Assembly: GCA_052390515.1 (NCBI GenBank)
Contig: JBQTGV010000045.1
Span: forward strand, 1 to 10,661
Length of the DNA stretch: 10,661 bases
DNA from: Candidatus Eiseniibacteriota bacterium
GTDB taxonomy: Bacteria; ARS69
Direction: 5' to 3'
Notes under the pieces: model-generated
The model's input: only the letters and a program-made list of their open reading frames with translations
Databases searched by the model: none
Told to the model about the DNA's origin: nothing
Made by a program: the position numbers and the translations under genes
Shown: piece by piece, positions 1 to 7,738 of the stretch
Layout: the number at the start of each line of letters is the position of its first letter
Position numbering within the stretch: the first letter of the stretch is position 1

Positions 1-1
1 G

Positions 2-568
2 GGTCCCTCCGACGTGTCGAGCCCCGCGGAGGCAGTTGCGTCGGCGCAAGCCGGAGTCGCGGACAGACCCGAGGATCCCGAGGCCTGGTTCCGCCTCGGT
101 CTCGCCTGGCAGCGCAGCGGTGGAGTCGAAGCGGCTGATTCCGCACGCTCGGCGTACGAGAAGGTGACCGCGCTGGCCCCGGGGCGCGCGGACGCACTGG
201 TTCACCGCGGACTGGTCCTCGAAGAGCTGAACCGGCACGCCGAGGCGGAGGCCAACTACCGCAGCGCCACCGAAGTGGCTCCGCAGGACGCGGTCCCGTG
301 GGTGAACCTGGGAGCGCTCCTTTACTTCCATTACAAGAAGACGTTCGAAGCGAAGAGCGCCCTCGTGAAGGCCCTGGAGCTCGACCCGCAGAATGCGGAC
401 GCGCACTTCAACCTGGGAGTGCTCTTCGCCGACGCGAACCTGTTCGCCGAGGCGCAGGTCGAGTGGGAGAAGGTCCTGGAGCTGGCGCCCGAGAGCCCGG
501 CGGGAGCGCTGGCGCGCAACAACCTGGAGCAGATACGCCCCCTGGGCGCCCCGCCGGCTGCTCCTTGA
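2..568 (+). CDS. Tetratricopeptide repeat (TPR) protein, probably 5'-truncated by the window edge
   Basis: Repeated TPR consensus segments (PEDPEAWFRLGLAW, PGRADALVHRGLVL, PQDAVPWVNLGALL, PQNADAHFNLGVLF). The frame is open from position 2, so the GTG at 14 need not be the true start. Stop TGA at 566-568. Confidence 0.85.
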   Translation, partial: GPSDVSSPAEAVASAQAGVADRPEDPEAWFRLGLAWQRSGGVEAADSARSAYEKVTALAPGRADALVHRGLVLEELNRHAEAEANYRSATEVAPQDAVPWVNLGALLYFHYKKTFEAKSALVKALELDPQNADAHFNLGVLFADANLFAEAQVEWEKVLELAPESPAGALARNNLEQIRPLGAPPAAP

Positions 569-595
569 CAGGACGGGTTCCGGACCGCATACGAT
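565..595 (+). promoter_or_regulatory. Putative sigma70-type promoter for the TPR-hflK-hflC unit
   Basis: Perfect -35 TTGACA at 565-570, overlapping the upstream stop codon, and -10-like TACGAT at 590-595. The 19-nt spacer is longer than optimal. Confidence 0.4.
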
Positions 596-627
596 TCCGG
601 TGCCTCCCCCCCGATCGGAGGACGGCA

Positions 628-1746
628 GTGTCCTCGTCATCCCGGCTCGGCGCGCTCGTCGCCCTGGTCCTCGCATCGGTCAGCCTGGCGGGCGGGCTCG
701 CGCGCGCGGCGAAGCCTGCGGAGCAGGTCGCCGAGCACCTGCGCCGCGCGGACCAGCGGATCGCCGACAAGGCCCCGCTGGAGGCGGCCGACGAGCTGCA
801 AGCGGCGCTCGAGCTGGATCCCGAGAACGGTGACATCCACCGGCGGCTCGGTGACGCGTTCCTCCTGGCGGACGATCTCGAGAAGGCTGTCAAGGTGTAC
901 CGGCGCTGGGTGGACATGCTGCCCAACGATTGCCGGGCGCATCGCAGCCTCGGGCTCGCCTACTTGAAGCAGGGCCTCACCGACCAGGGAATCGTGTCGT
1001 GCGAGAAGGGCCTCGCACTTTGTCCGGAGGAAGCCGGGGCGTTCACCGACCTGGCGCGGGCCTACCACCAGGGCGGCTACGCCATCGAGGCCATCGAGGC
1101 GTGCCGCCGCGCGCTCGAGCTGCAGCCGGAGGATCTGCTGGCGCACGAAACGCTCGCGAACCTCTACTACGAGAGGAAGCTCGCCGCCGAGGCGATCGCC
1201 TCGTACGAAGCGATCCTCGCGCGCCCCGACCACGGCCGCGACGCGGACTGGGTGACGTGGGTCAGCCGGCGCATAGGAAAGCTCTACCAGTCCGCCGGCG
1301 AGTGCGACCGTGCCATCGTGCACTTCCGCACCGTCCGCCAATCCGAGCCGTTCGACGACGAGACGATCCGGGCGCTCGCGGCGTGCTACGGGAGCACTGG
1401 CCAGACCTCGGAAGCGATCGGCATGTACGACGCGCTGGTCGCCGAGCGACCGGACACCACGCGCTACTACTACGAGCTCGCCGAGGTGCTCCTCGGTGCG
1501 GGTCTCTACGACCGGGCCTTCCAGACCCTCGAGACCGCGCGCGGGCACGAGGGAGGCTGCGGCGCTCGGGCTCATGCGCTCGCCGGCCGCGTCTACGAGA
1601 AGATGGGCGGCGTCGCCAACTACCAGGCGGCGGAGGCAGAGTTCCGCCGGTGCGTGGAGTGCCGGGACGCGGAGCTCACCGAGTACTGCGAGCGCCAGAT
1701 CGAGCGGCAGCAGCAGCTCGTTCGGTTGCAGCAATCCCAGAAGTAG
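628..1746 (+). CDS. Exported Cys-rich TPR protein (372 aa) with N-terminal signal peptide
   Basis: GTG at 628 is preceded by GGAGG (617-621). The N-terminus SSSSRLGALVALVLASVSLAGGLARA looks like a Sec signal with an A-x-A site. Multiple TPRs follow (PENGDIHRRLGDAF, PEEAGAFTDLARAY, PEDLLAHETLANLY). The ORF-track start at 298 overlaps the upstream gene and is rejected. Confidence 0.85.
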   Translation: MSSSSRLGALVALVLASVSLAGGLARAAKPAEQVAEHLRRADQRIADKAPLEAADELQAALELDPENGDIHRRLGDAFLLADDLEKAVKVYRRWVDMLPNDCRAHRSLGLAYLKQGLTDQGIVSCEKGLALCPEEAGAFTDLARAYHQGGYAIEAIEACRRALELQPEDLLAHETLANLYYERKLAAEAIASYEAILARPDHGRDADWVTWVSRRIGKLYQSAGECDRAIVHFRTVRQSEPFDDETIRALAACYGSTGQTSEAIGMYDALVAERPDTTRYYYELAEVLLGAGLYDRAFQTLETARGHEGGCGARAHALAGRVYEKMGGVANYQAAEAEFRRCVECRDAELTEYCERQIERQQQLVRLQQSQK

Positions 1747-1789
1747 GCGAGACTCCGCCGAGCGGGGGTCGCCCCGCAAGGAGAAGCCC

Positions 1790-2809
1790 ATGAGCTCGCC
1801 CGACCGCGAGAACGTCGAGGAGTTCCTCAAGAACGTCTTCCGCTCCGGGCGTGGGGCGCCGGCATCGCAGCTCCCGGTGCTGCCGATCGTGCTCGGCGTG
1901 CTGGTCCTGATCGCCTTGGTGACGTCGTTCTACCAGGTCGAGCCGGAGGAGGCCGGTGTCGTGCTGCGCTTCGGCCGCCACGTGCGCACCACCGAGCCGG
2001 GGCTGCACTTCCGCATGCCGTTCGCCATCGAGCGCGTGATCAAGGTGCCGGTGCAGCGCCAGCTCAAGGAGGAGTTCGGGTTCCGAACGGTGCGCGCCGA
2101 CGAGCGCAGCGAGTTCGCCCGCGACGCGTCCACGCGCGGCGAGTCCCTCATGCTCACCGGAGACCTGAACATCGCCGACGTGGAGTGGATCGTGCAGTAC
2201 AAGGTGGTCGATCCGGTCGCGTACCTCTTCAAGGTGCGAAACGCCACCGAGACGTTCCGGGACATCTCCGAGGCGGTGATGCGCGGCGTGATCGGCGACC
2301 GCTCCGTCGACGAGGTCCTGACCGCCGGCCGGCAGGAGACAGAGGACGAGGCCGTGGTGCGGCTGCAGGAGCTCTGCCGGCAGTACGAGCTGGGCATCGA
2401 CGTTCAGCTCGTGGCGCTGCAGGACGTGAACCCGCCGGACCCGGTGAAGCCGTCTTTCAACGAGGTGAACCAGGCCGAGCAGGAGCGGGAGACGCTGATC
2501 AATCAGGCACAGGCCGAGCTGAACCGGGAGATCCCCAAGGCCGAGGGCGAAGGCAAGGCCACCGTCGAAGCGGCGAACGGCTACGCGATCGACCGCGTGA
2601 ACCGATCCCGCGGTGACGCGGAGCGCTTCGTCGCGCTGCACGGCGAGTACCGCAAGGCACCCGAGGTGACCCGCCGGCGCTTGTACCTCGAGGCCATGAC
2701 GGAGGTGCTGCCAACCGTGGGGAAGACCGTGATCGTGGACGAGGACGTGCGCGGGGTGCTGCCTCTGCTGGATCTCGGGGCGAAGGTCCAGAAGGAGGCC
2801 CAGCCATGA
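1790..2809 (+). CDS. hflK: FtsH protease modulator HflK (SPFH/band-7 protein), 339 aa
   Basis: ATG at 1790 with AAGGAG (1778-1783). Single TM helix followed by HflK motifs GVVLRFG, PGLHF, MLTGDLNIADVEWIVQY, QDVNPPDPVKPSFNEV and KAPEVTRRRLYLEAMTEVL. Overlaps hflC by ATGA. Confidence 0.95.
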   Translation: MSSPDRENVEEFLKNVFRSGRGAPASQLPVLPIVLGVLVLIALVTSFYQVEPEEAGVVLRFGRHVRTTEPGLHFRMPFAIERVIKVPVQRQLKEEFGFRTVRADERSEFARDASTRGESLMLTGDLNIADVEWIVQYKVVDPVAYLFKVRNATETFRDISEAVMRGVIGDRSVDEVLTAGRQETEDEAVVRLQELCRQYELGIDVQLVALQDVNPPDPVKPSFNEVNQAEQERETLINQAQAELNREIPKAEGEGKATVEAANGYAIDRVNRSRGDAERFVALHGEYRKAPEVTRRRLYLEAMTEVLPTVGKTVIVDEDVRGVLPLLDLGAKVQKEAQP

Positions 2810-3741
2810 ACCCGCGCGCCGGAGCGGTCTTCGCACTGTTGCTGGTGGCGGCGCTCGTCGTGTTCCAGAGCGTCTACGTGCTCCGCGAGGGCCAGCAGGC
2901 CATCATCACGCAGTTCGGGAAGCCCGTGGGCGGTGCGGTGACGACGCCGGGGCTGCACTTCCGCGCGCCGCTCATCCACAAGGTCAACCGCTTCGAGAAG
3001 CGCTGGCTGGCCTGGGACGGCGACGCGAACCAGATGCCCACACTCGACAAGCGTTTCATCTGGGTGGACGGCTTCGCCCGCTGGCGCATCTCCGATCCGT
3101 TGCTCTTCTTCCAGCGGATGCACGATGAGCGCGGTGCGCAGACACGCCTCGACGACATCCTCGACGGCGAGACCCGCAAGGCCGTCGCCAACGTGAAGCT
3201 GATCGAGGTGGTGCGGACCACGAACCGCCCCTTCTCGGTGTCGGTCGATCTGATCGCGGGCGAAGAGGCCGCCACGCAGGAGCTGATCGTCAAGGGACGC
3301 GAGGCCATCGTGAAGGAGATCCTGGACCGGGCCTCGCCGATCACCCGGGAGTTCGGGATCGAGCTCGTGGACCTGCGCTTCAAGCGCCTCAACTACGTGG
3401 ACGAGGTGCAGCGCTCGGTGTTCGACCGCATGATCTCGGAGCGGCAGAAGATCCGCGACAAGCTGCGCTCGGAAGGGCAAGGGCGAAGCGCCGAGATCCG
3501 CGGTCAGAAGGAGCGCGAGCTCAAGCGCATCACCTCGGAGGCGTACCAGGCGGCGCAGAAGATCCGCGGCGCCGCGGACTCGACCGCCACGAAGATCTAC
3601 GCCGAGGCGTTCGGCCGCGATCCCGAGTTCTACTCCTTCCTGCAGTCGCGGGCGGCGTATCGCCACACCAGCGGCGAGGACGCGACGATGGTGCTGTCCA
3701 CCGACGGCGAGTTCTACAAGTACCTCAAGGGGATCCGGTAG
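2806..3741 (+). CDS. hflC: FtsH protease modulator HflC, 311 aa
   Basis: N-terminal TM helix, then QAIITQFGKP, PGLHF, TLDKRFIWVDGFARWRISDP, VFDRMISER and IYAEAFGRDPEFYSFLQS. Translationally coupled to hflK (ATGA 2806-2809). Confidence 0.95.
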   Translation: MNPRAGAVFALLLVAALVVFQSVYVLREGQQAIITQFGKPVGGAVTTPGLHFRAPLIHKVNRFEKRWLAWDGDANQMPTLDKRFIWVDGFARWRISDPLLFFQRMHDERGAQTRLDDILDGETRKAVANVKLIEVVRTTNRPFSVSVDLIAGEEAATQELIVKGREAIVKEILDRASPITREFGIELVDLRFKRLNYVDEVQRSVFDRMISERQKIRDKLRSEGQGRSAEIRGQKERELKRITSEAYQAAQKIRGAADSTATKIYAEAFGRDPEFYSFLQSRAAYRHTSGEDATMVLSTDGEFYKYLKGIR

Positions 3742-3744
3742 GGA

Positions 3745-3812
3745 GCCGTGCTTCGGAGCCATCCGCGAGCGATGGCGAGGTCATCGCTTGCGGGTGGCTC
3801 CCGACGCACGGC
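3745..3812 (+). repeat. Long intergenic inverted repeat / RNA hairpin between hflC and mnmA
   Basis: GGAGCCATCCGCGAGCGATGGC (3755-3776) pairs with GTCATCGCTTGCGGGTGGCTCC (3780-3801), 22 bp including three G-U pairs. An outer stem forms between GCCGTGC (3745-3751) and GCACGGC (3806-3812). Confidence 0.85.
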
Positions 3813-3828
3813 GGAGGATAACTGTCCC

Positions 3829-4998
3829 ATGCGAGTTCTCGTAGCCATGTCCGGCGGGGTGGACAGCTCCGTCGCCGCGCTGTTGCTGGCGCGGCAGGGA
3901 CACGAGCTCGTCGGCGTCACCATGAAGAACTGGTGCTACGGGGAGAGCGACGGCGAGGGGCGGTCGTGCTGCTCGCTCGAGTCGATCGAGTCGGCACGGC
4001 GCGCGGCCGCAGCACTCGGCTTCCCCCACTACGTCGTCGACTTCGAGGCGCCGTTCGCGCACCACGTGATTCGCCCGTTCGTCGACGACTACCTCGCCGG
4101 GCGAACGCCGAACCCCTGCGTGGCCTGCAACGCGAAGGTCCGCTTCCCCGGTCTCGCCAACCGGGCGAAGGCCTTCGGCTGCGACGCGTTCGCCACCGGG
4201 CACTACGCTCGCGTCGACCGCTCGGGCGCTTCGCCCCGGATCCGCCGCGCGGCCGATCCCTCGAAGGATCAGAGCTACGTGCTGTGGGCGGTCCCGCCGG
4301 AGACCGTGGAACGCCTGGAGTTGCCGCTCGGGGGCCTGCGCAAGACCGAGGTGCGCGCGCTGGCCGCGGGCGCCGGCCTGGACGTGGCCGACCGCCCCGA
4401 CAGCCAGGAGATCTGCTTCGTCCCCGGCGGGGATTACGGGGCGTTCCTCGAGGAGCGAGTCGCGGCCGGCGGCGGCGAGGCCGGGACGCTCGCACCGGGG
4501 GAGATCTTCGCCCTCGACGGAACGCGGCTCGGAACCCACCGGGGTGTCGCGCGTTACACCGTCGGGCAACGAAGAGGCCTCGGTGTCGCCGGCTCGGGCC
4601 CTGTGTACGTGGCGGGGCTCGACGCCGCGACCAACCGTGTCGTGGTCGGGTCCGAGGAGGACCTCCTCACGGATCGGGCCCGGCTCCGGGACGTTCGCTG
4701 GCCCGCGGAGGGCGACGAGGCGCGGGTCCTCGTGCAGCTCCGCTCCCGCCATCGGGCCGCGCCCGCGCGCGTCCGGAGGATCGGGGAGAGGGAAGCACGG
4801 GTCCGTTTCGACGAGCCGCAGCGGGCGGTGACGCCGGGCCAGTCGGCGGTCTTCTACGACGGCGAGATCGTCGTCGGCGGGGGCGTCGTGGCCGACGCAA
4901 GCCACGTCGAGGCGCGGGTTGACAGGGGTCGGCAGGTCGGTGATCTTCGACCCTCCCGGGGGGAGGGATGGCCGAGCGGTCTAAGGCGACGGTCTTGA
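3829..4998 (+). CDS. mnmA: tRNA 2-thiouridine(34) synthase MnmA, 389 aa as read
   Basis: ATG at 3829 after GGAGG (3813-3817). Motifs: VLVAMSGGVDSSVAA (PP-loop), GRTPNPCVACN, ATGHYAR, KDQSYVL, DSQEICF, YTVGQRRGLG, VTPGQSAVFYDGEIVVGGG. The last 37 nt overlap tRNA-Ser(UGA). Confidence 0.96.
   Translation: MRVLVAMSGGVDSSVAALLLARQGHELVGVTMKNWCYGESDGEGRSCCSLESIESARRAAAALGFPHYVVDFEAPFAHHVIRPFVDDYLAGRTPNPCVACNAKVRFPGLANRAKAFGCDAFATGHYARVDRSGASPRIRRAADPSKDQSYVLWAVPPETVERLELPLGGLRKTEVRALAAGAGLDVADRPDSQEICFVPGGDYGAFLEERVAAGGGEAGTLAPGEIFALDGTRLGTHRGVARYTVGQRRGLGVAGSGPVYVAGLDAATNRVVVGSEEDLLTDRARLRDVRWPAEGDEARVLVQLRSRHRAAPARVRRIGEREARVRFDEPQRAVTPGQSAVFYDGEIVVGGGVVADASHVEARVDRGRQVGDLRPSRGEGWPSGLRRRS
4919..4947 (+). 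promoter_or_regulatory. Putative sigma70-type promoter for the tRNA cluster, inside the 3' end of mnmA
   Basis: TTGACA (4919-4924), 17-nt spacer, weak -10 GATCTT (4942-4947), ending 14 nt upstream of the first tRNA. Confidence 0.5.
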
Positions 4999-5046
4999 AA
5001 ACCGTTGAGCAGCAATGCTCCGTGGGTTCGAATCCTACTCCCTCCG
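4962..5046 (+). tRNA. tRNA-Ser (anticodon UGA), CCA not encoded
   Basis: Acceptor stem GGAGGGA/TCCCTCC; anticodon arm ACGGT-CTTGAAA-ACCGT (TGA at 4996-4998); long variable arm; T arm GTGGG-TTCGAAT-CCTAC; discriminator G5046 followed by CCG. Confidence 0.96.
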
Positions 5047-5099
5047 CCGCTTTGCTCCGCGGGTGGAGGGAACGGGGCGGCCCAGGGCCTCCCGGAGTC

Positions 5100-5191
5100 G
5101 GAGAGGTGCGAGAGTGGACGAATCGGACCGCCTGCTAAGCGGTTAGGGAGAGAAATCTTCCTCGAGGGTTCGAATCCCTCCCTCTCCGCCA
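5100..5191 (+). tRNA. tRNA-Ser (anticodon GCU)
   Basis: Acceptor stem GGAGAGG/CCTCTCC; anticodon arm ACCGC-CTGCTAA-GCGGT (GCT at 5134-5136); long variable arm; GAGGG-TTCGAAT-CCCTC; ends GCCA. Confidence 0.96.
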
Positions 5192-5214
5192 CATCGCGTT
5201 CTGCCGGCATCTTC

Positions 5215-5291
5215 GCGCCCATAGCTCAATTGGATAGAGCGTTTGGCTACGGACCAAAAGGTTGGGGGTTCGAGTCCTCCTGGGCGCGCCA
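5215..5291 (+). tRNA. tRNA-Arg (anticodon ACG, modified to ICG)
   Basis: Acceptor stem GCGCCCA/TGGGCGC; D arm GCTC-AATTGGATA-GAGC; anticodon arm TTTGG-CTACGGA-CCAAA (ACG at 5249-5251); TTCGAGT T loop; ends GCCA. Confidence 0.97.
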
Positions 5292-5337
5292 TGCCGGCGG
5301 GTCCCGCGCGATCGAACGATCCCGAAGGAGAAGCACC

Positions 5338-6198
5338 ATGATCCGACTTCGAGCGGCAGCCGCGGCTTTCGCCGCTTGGGGCCTCGCCGTTCCCGCTCTC
5401 GGCGGGAGCGCGCGCATCACGCCCGAGATGGACCACGTCTCCGCGCAGGAGACGATGGACCGCTGCGTCTACGGCGACACCGTCTGGGTGGCTCCGGGCA
5501 AGTACATGCAGCTGACCGTGCGCAACGGGATCCGCCTCATTTCCGAGGCCGGTCCCGCGGAGACGATCTTCCGGTACGGCCAGAACCACGTGTTCAACGT
5601 GAGCGAAGTGGACAGCACGACGCTGGTGCAGGGCTTCACTCTGGACGGAGTCAAGGCGTCCGAAGGCGTTCTCGTGGTGGAGAAGTCCAAGGCGCGCATC
5701 AAGGACTGCGTCATCAAGAACGGCTGGAGCGGCGTCCGCGGGATCTTCTCCGAGTTCGTCGTCGAGGACTGCACGATCACCGACTGCCAGAACGGGATCT
5801 ACCTCTACGAATCGGCGGCGACCGTCGCCGGCAACCGGATCCAGCGCTGCATCAACGCCATCAACCTGGTGAACGCGAGTCCCCGCATCGTGCGCAACAC
5901 GATCTCCGGAAACTCGCTGGGAATCCTGGTCACGGAGCACTCCGATCCGCAGATCGGGGGATCGCTCGCCTCCGCGAACCGCATCTTCGGAAACGCCGGC
6001 GGGGCGATCAAGAACGACGGCCTGATCAAGCGCGAGGGGCTGCGCACCATGACCCCGCTCGAGCTCCACGTTCCTCACAACTACTGGGGCACGGACTGCC
6101 CAGACAGCACCTTCTTCCGCGGAGACGTGGACTTCAAGCCGTGGGTGGACGAGACCGGGACCCGCTCCCTTGCGACCTGCGCATCCGCTCCGGAGTAA
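5338..6198 (+). CDS. Secreted right-handed parallel beta-helix repeat protein (NosD/CASH/pectin-lyase-like fold), 286 aa
   Basis: ATG at 5338 after AAGGAG (5325-5330). Ala-rich signal peptide; [11 protein letters not shown] motif; repeats such as [37 protein letters not shown]-terminal NYWG...VDFKPW. Confidence 0.8.
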   Translation: MIRLRAAAAAFAAWGLAVPALGGSARITPEMDHVSAQETMDRCVYGDTVWVAPGKYMQLTVRNGIRLISEAGPAETIFRYGQNHVFNVSEVDSTTLVQGFTLDGVKASEGVLVVEKSKARIKDCVIKNGWSGVRGIFSEFVVEDCTITDCQNGIYLYESAATVAGNRIQRCINAINLVNASPRIVRNTISGNSLGILVTEHSDPQIGGSLASANRIFGNAGGAIKNDGLIKREGLRTMTPLELHVPHNYWGTDCPDSTFFRGDVDFKPWVDETGTRSLATCASAPE

Positions 6199-7738
6199 CG
6201 CGGTTCGATTCCTTCTGCCGATCCTGATCGGCGGGTTGCTCCCGGGATGCGGAGGAGCTTCGCGGCCGCGAGTCCTGGTGATCGGACTCGACGGAGCGAC
6301 CTTCTCGGTGATCGACCCGCTCCTCGAAGCGGGAAAGCTGCCCCACCTCGCCGCGCTCCTGGAGCGCGGATCGCAGGCCGTGCTGGAGAGCACGATGCCG
6401 CCGGTCTCGCCGCCCGCGTGGACGTCCGCCACGACCGGCGTGAACCCGGGCAAGCACAACGTCTTCGACTTCTTCCACTACTCGAGGAGCGGCCCGCAGC
6501 CGCTGCTGACGTCGTCCCTGGACCGCCGCGCGCGGCCGGTGTGGGATTTCCTCAACCGGGCCGGCTTCCGCACCGGAGTCATGAACGTCCCGATGACGTA
6601 TCCGCCGGATCGCGTGGACGGTGTCTTCGTCTCGGGCTTTCCCTTCGGCAGCTCACGCACCGGGTACACCTATCCCGCGGAGCTGGAGCGGGAGATCGGC
6701 GAGTACCCGCTGGATCTCTTCGGCGAGAGCCTGCAGGCGGGCCAGGAGGAGGGACTGCTGCGCCATTACCGGCGAACGCTCGACCGTCACGCGGAGATAG
6801 CGCGCACGCTGCTGGAGACGAAGCGCTGCGACCTCTTCTGGGTCGTGTTCACCGGCACGGACAAGGTCCAGCACTTCTACTGGAGGTTCTCGGACAAGGC
6901 TCATCCCGAGTACGATCCCGTGATGGCCGAGCGATTCGGCACCGCCATCACCGACTTCTGGGTCCGCGCCGACCGGGCGGTCGGAGATCTCGTGGCGGCG
7001 GCGGGACCGGACACCGACGTGATCGTGATGTCCGACCACGGCTTCGGCGGCATCTACCGGGAGCTGCGCCTGCAATCGTGGCTCTCGCGGGAGGGATTCG
7101 TGCAGTTCGCTGCGGACGCGCCGGCCGAGGTTCGAGCGGACGCTCTCGCTCCGGGCGCCTTCGCGGGTCTGCTCCGTGTGAACCGTGCGGGGCGCGACTT
7201 CGGCGGCTCGGTCCCGGAGAGCGAAGCGGACGGCGTCGTGCAGCGGCTACGCGAACATCTCGGAGCGCTCGCCGATCCGGCGACGGGGGAGCCCTTCGCC
7301 GAGCGGATTCTCTCCCGCGACGAGATCTATCACGGGCCGTACGCCGGGAACGGACCGGACGTCGTCTTCCTGGAGCGACCGGGCACGTTCGTCGGGCGCG
7401 GCGCGTTCGGGTCGGAGGAGGTGTTCGGTCCTCCGAGCTACACGTTCTCCGCGTTCCACAGGCCCGAAGGAGTGCTCATCGCGGCGGGGCCGCACTTCCC
7501 GCGGGACTCCGAGCGCAAGCGGTACTCGATCCTGGACGTCGCCCCGACGATCTACTGGCTCTTCGGCGTCGAGCAGCCGGAAGATCTCGACGGGCATGTA
7601 CCGCCCGAGCTGGTCGGCGCCGGCCCGCTCGCCGCGCGACCGCCGCAGGTGGGTGGCGAGCCCGCGGTCCTTCCTCCCCACGGGACGGAGACGGACGCGT
7701 CCCGCGAGGCGCTGGAGAGTCTCGGCTATGTCCGGTGA
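6170..7738 (+). CDS. Alkaline phosphatase superfamily (type I phosphodiesterase/nucleotide pyrophosphatase-like) protein, probable lipoprotein; start uncertain
   Basis: Motifs [32 protein letters not shown] (nucleophile region), [28 protein letters not shown] and C-terminal LESLGYV. Lipobox-like LLPGC near the N-terminus. The only canonical in-frame start upstream of the signal is TTG at 6170. Confidence 0.85.
   Translation: MRPAHPLRSNAVRFLLPILIGGLLPGCGGASRPRVLVIGLDGATFSVIDPLLEAGKLPHLAALLERGSQAVLESTMPPVSPPAWTSATTGVNPGKHNVFDFFHYSRSGPQPLLTSSLDRRARPVWDFLNRAGFRTGVMNVPMTYPPDRVDGVFVSGFPFGSSRTGYTYPAELEREIGEYPLDLFGESLQAGQEEGLLRHYRRTLDRHAEIARTLLETKRCDLFWVVFTGTDKVQHFYWRFSDKAHPEYDPVMAERFGTAITDFWVRADRAVGDLVAAAGPDTDVIVMSDHGFGGIYRELRLQSWLSREGFVQFAADAPAEVRADALAPGAFAGLLRVNRAGRDFGGSVPESEADGVVQRLREHLGALADPATGEPFAERILSRDEIYHGPYAGNGPDVVFLERPGTFVGRGAFGSEEVFGPPSYTFSAFHRPEGVLIAAGPHFPRDSERKRYSILDVAPTIYWLFGVEQPEDLDGHVPPELVGAGPLAARPPQVGGEPAVLPPHGTETDASREALESLGYVR

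Noticed and set aside
298..627. 110-codon N-terminal extension of the second TPR ORF
   Set aside because: It overlaps the upstream TPR gene in another frame and is low-complexity G/P/R/A. The RBS and signal peptide point to GTG 628.
1746..1773. Small GC hairpin between the TPR gene and hflK as a terminator
   Set aside because: The stem is imperfect with no U-tract, which is common by chance at this GC content.
1310..1789. N-terminal extension of the hflK ORF (499 aa in the ORF track)
   Set aside because: It overlaps the TPR gene and is S/R/T-rich shadow sequence. A clear RBS precedes ATG 1790.
4962..5046. Possible selenocysteine or opal-suppressor tRNA because of the TGA triplet
   Set aside because: An anticodon of UGA reads the Ser codon UCA; a Sec or suppressor tRNA would have anticodon UCA. 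The acceptor stem is a normal 7 bp with Ser-type features.
5203..5298. 8-bp inverted repeat GCCGGCAT/ATGCCGGC flanking tRNA-Arg as a mobile-element end or att site
   Set aside because: It is too short and GC-rich, is largely a self-palindrome, and has no associated recombinase.
5005..5337. N-terminal extension of the beta-helix ORF
   Set aside because: It runs through three tRNA genes. The real start with RBS and signal peptide is ATG 5338.
7185..7727. N-terminal extension of the glycosyltransferase ORF (870 aa)
   Set aside because: It overlaps the AlkP gene and is R/S-rich shadow translation. Start assigned to ATG 7728.
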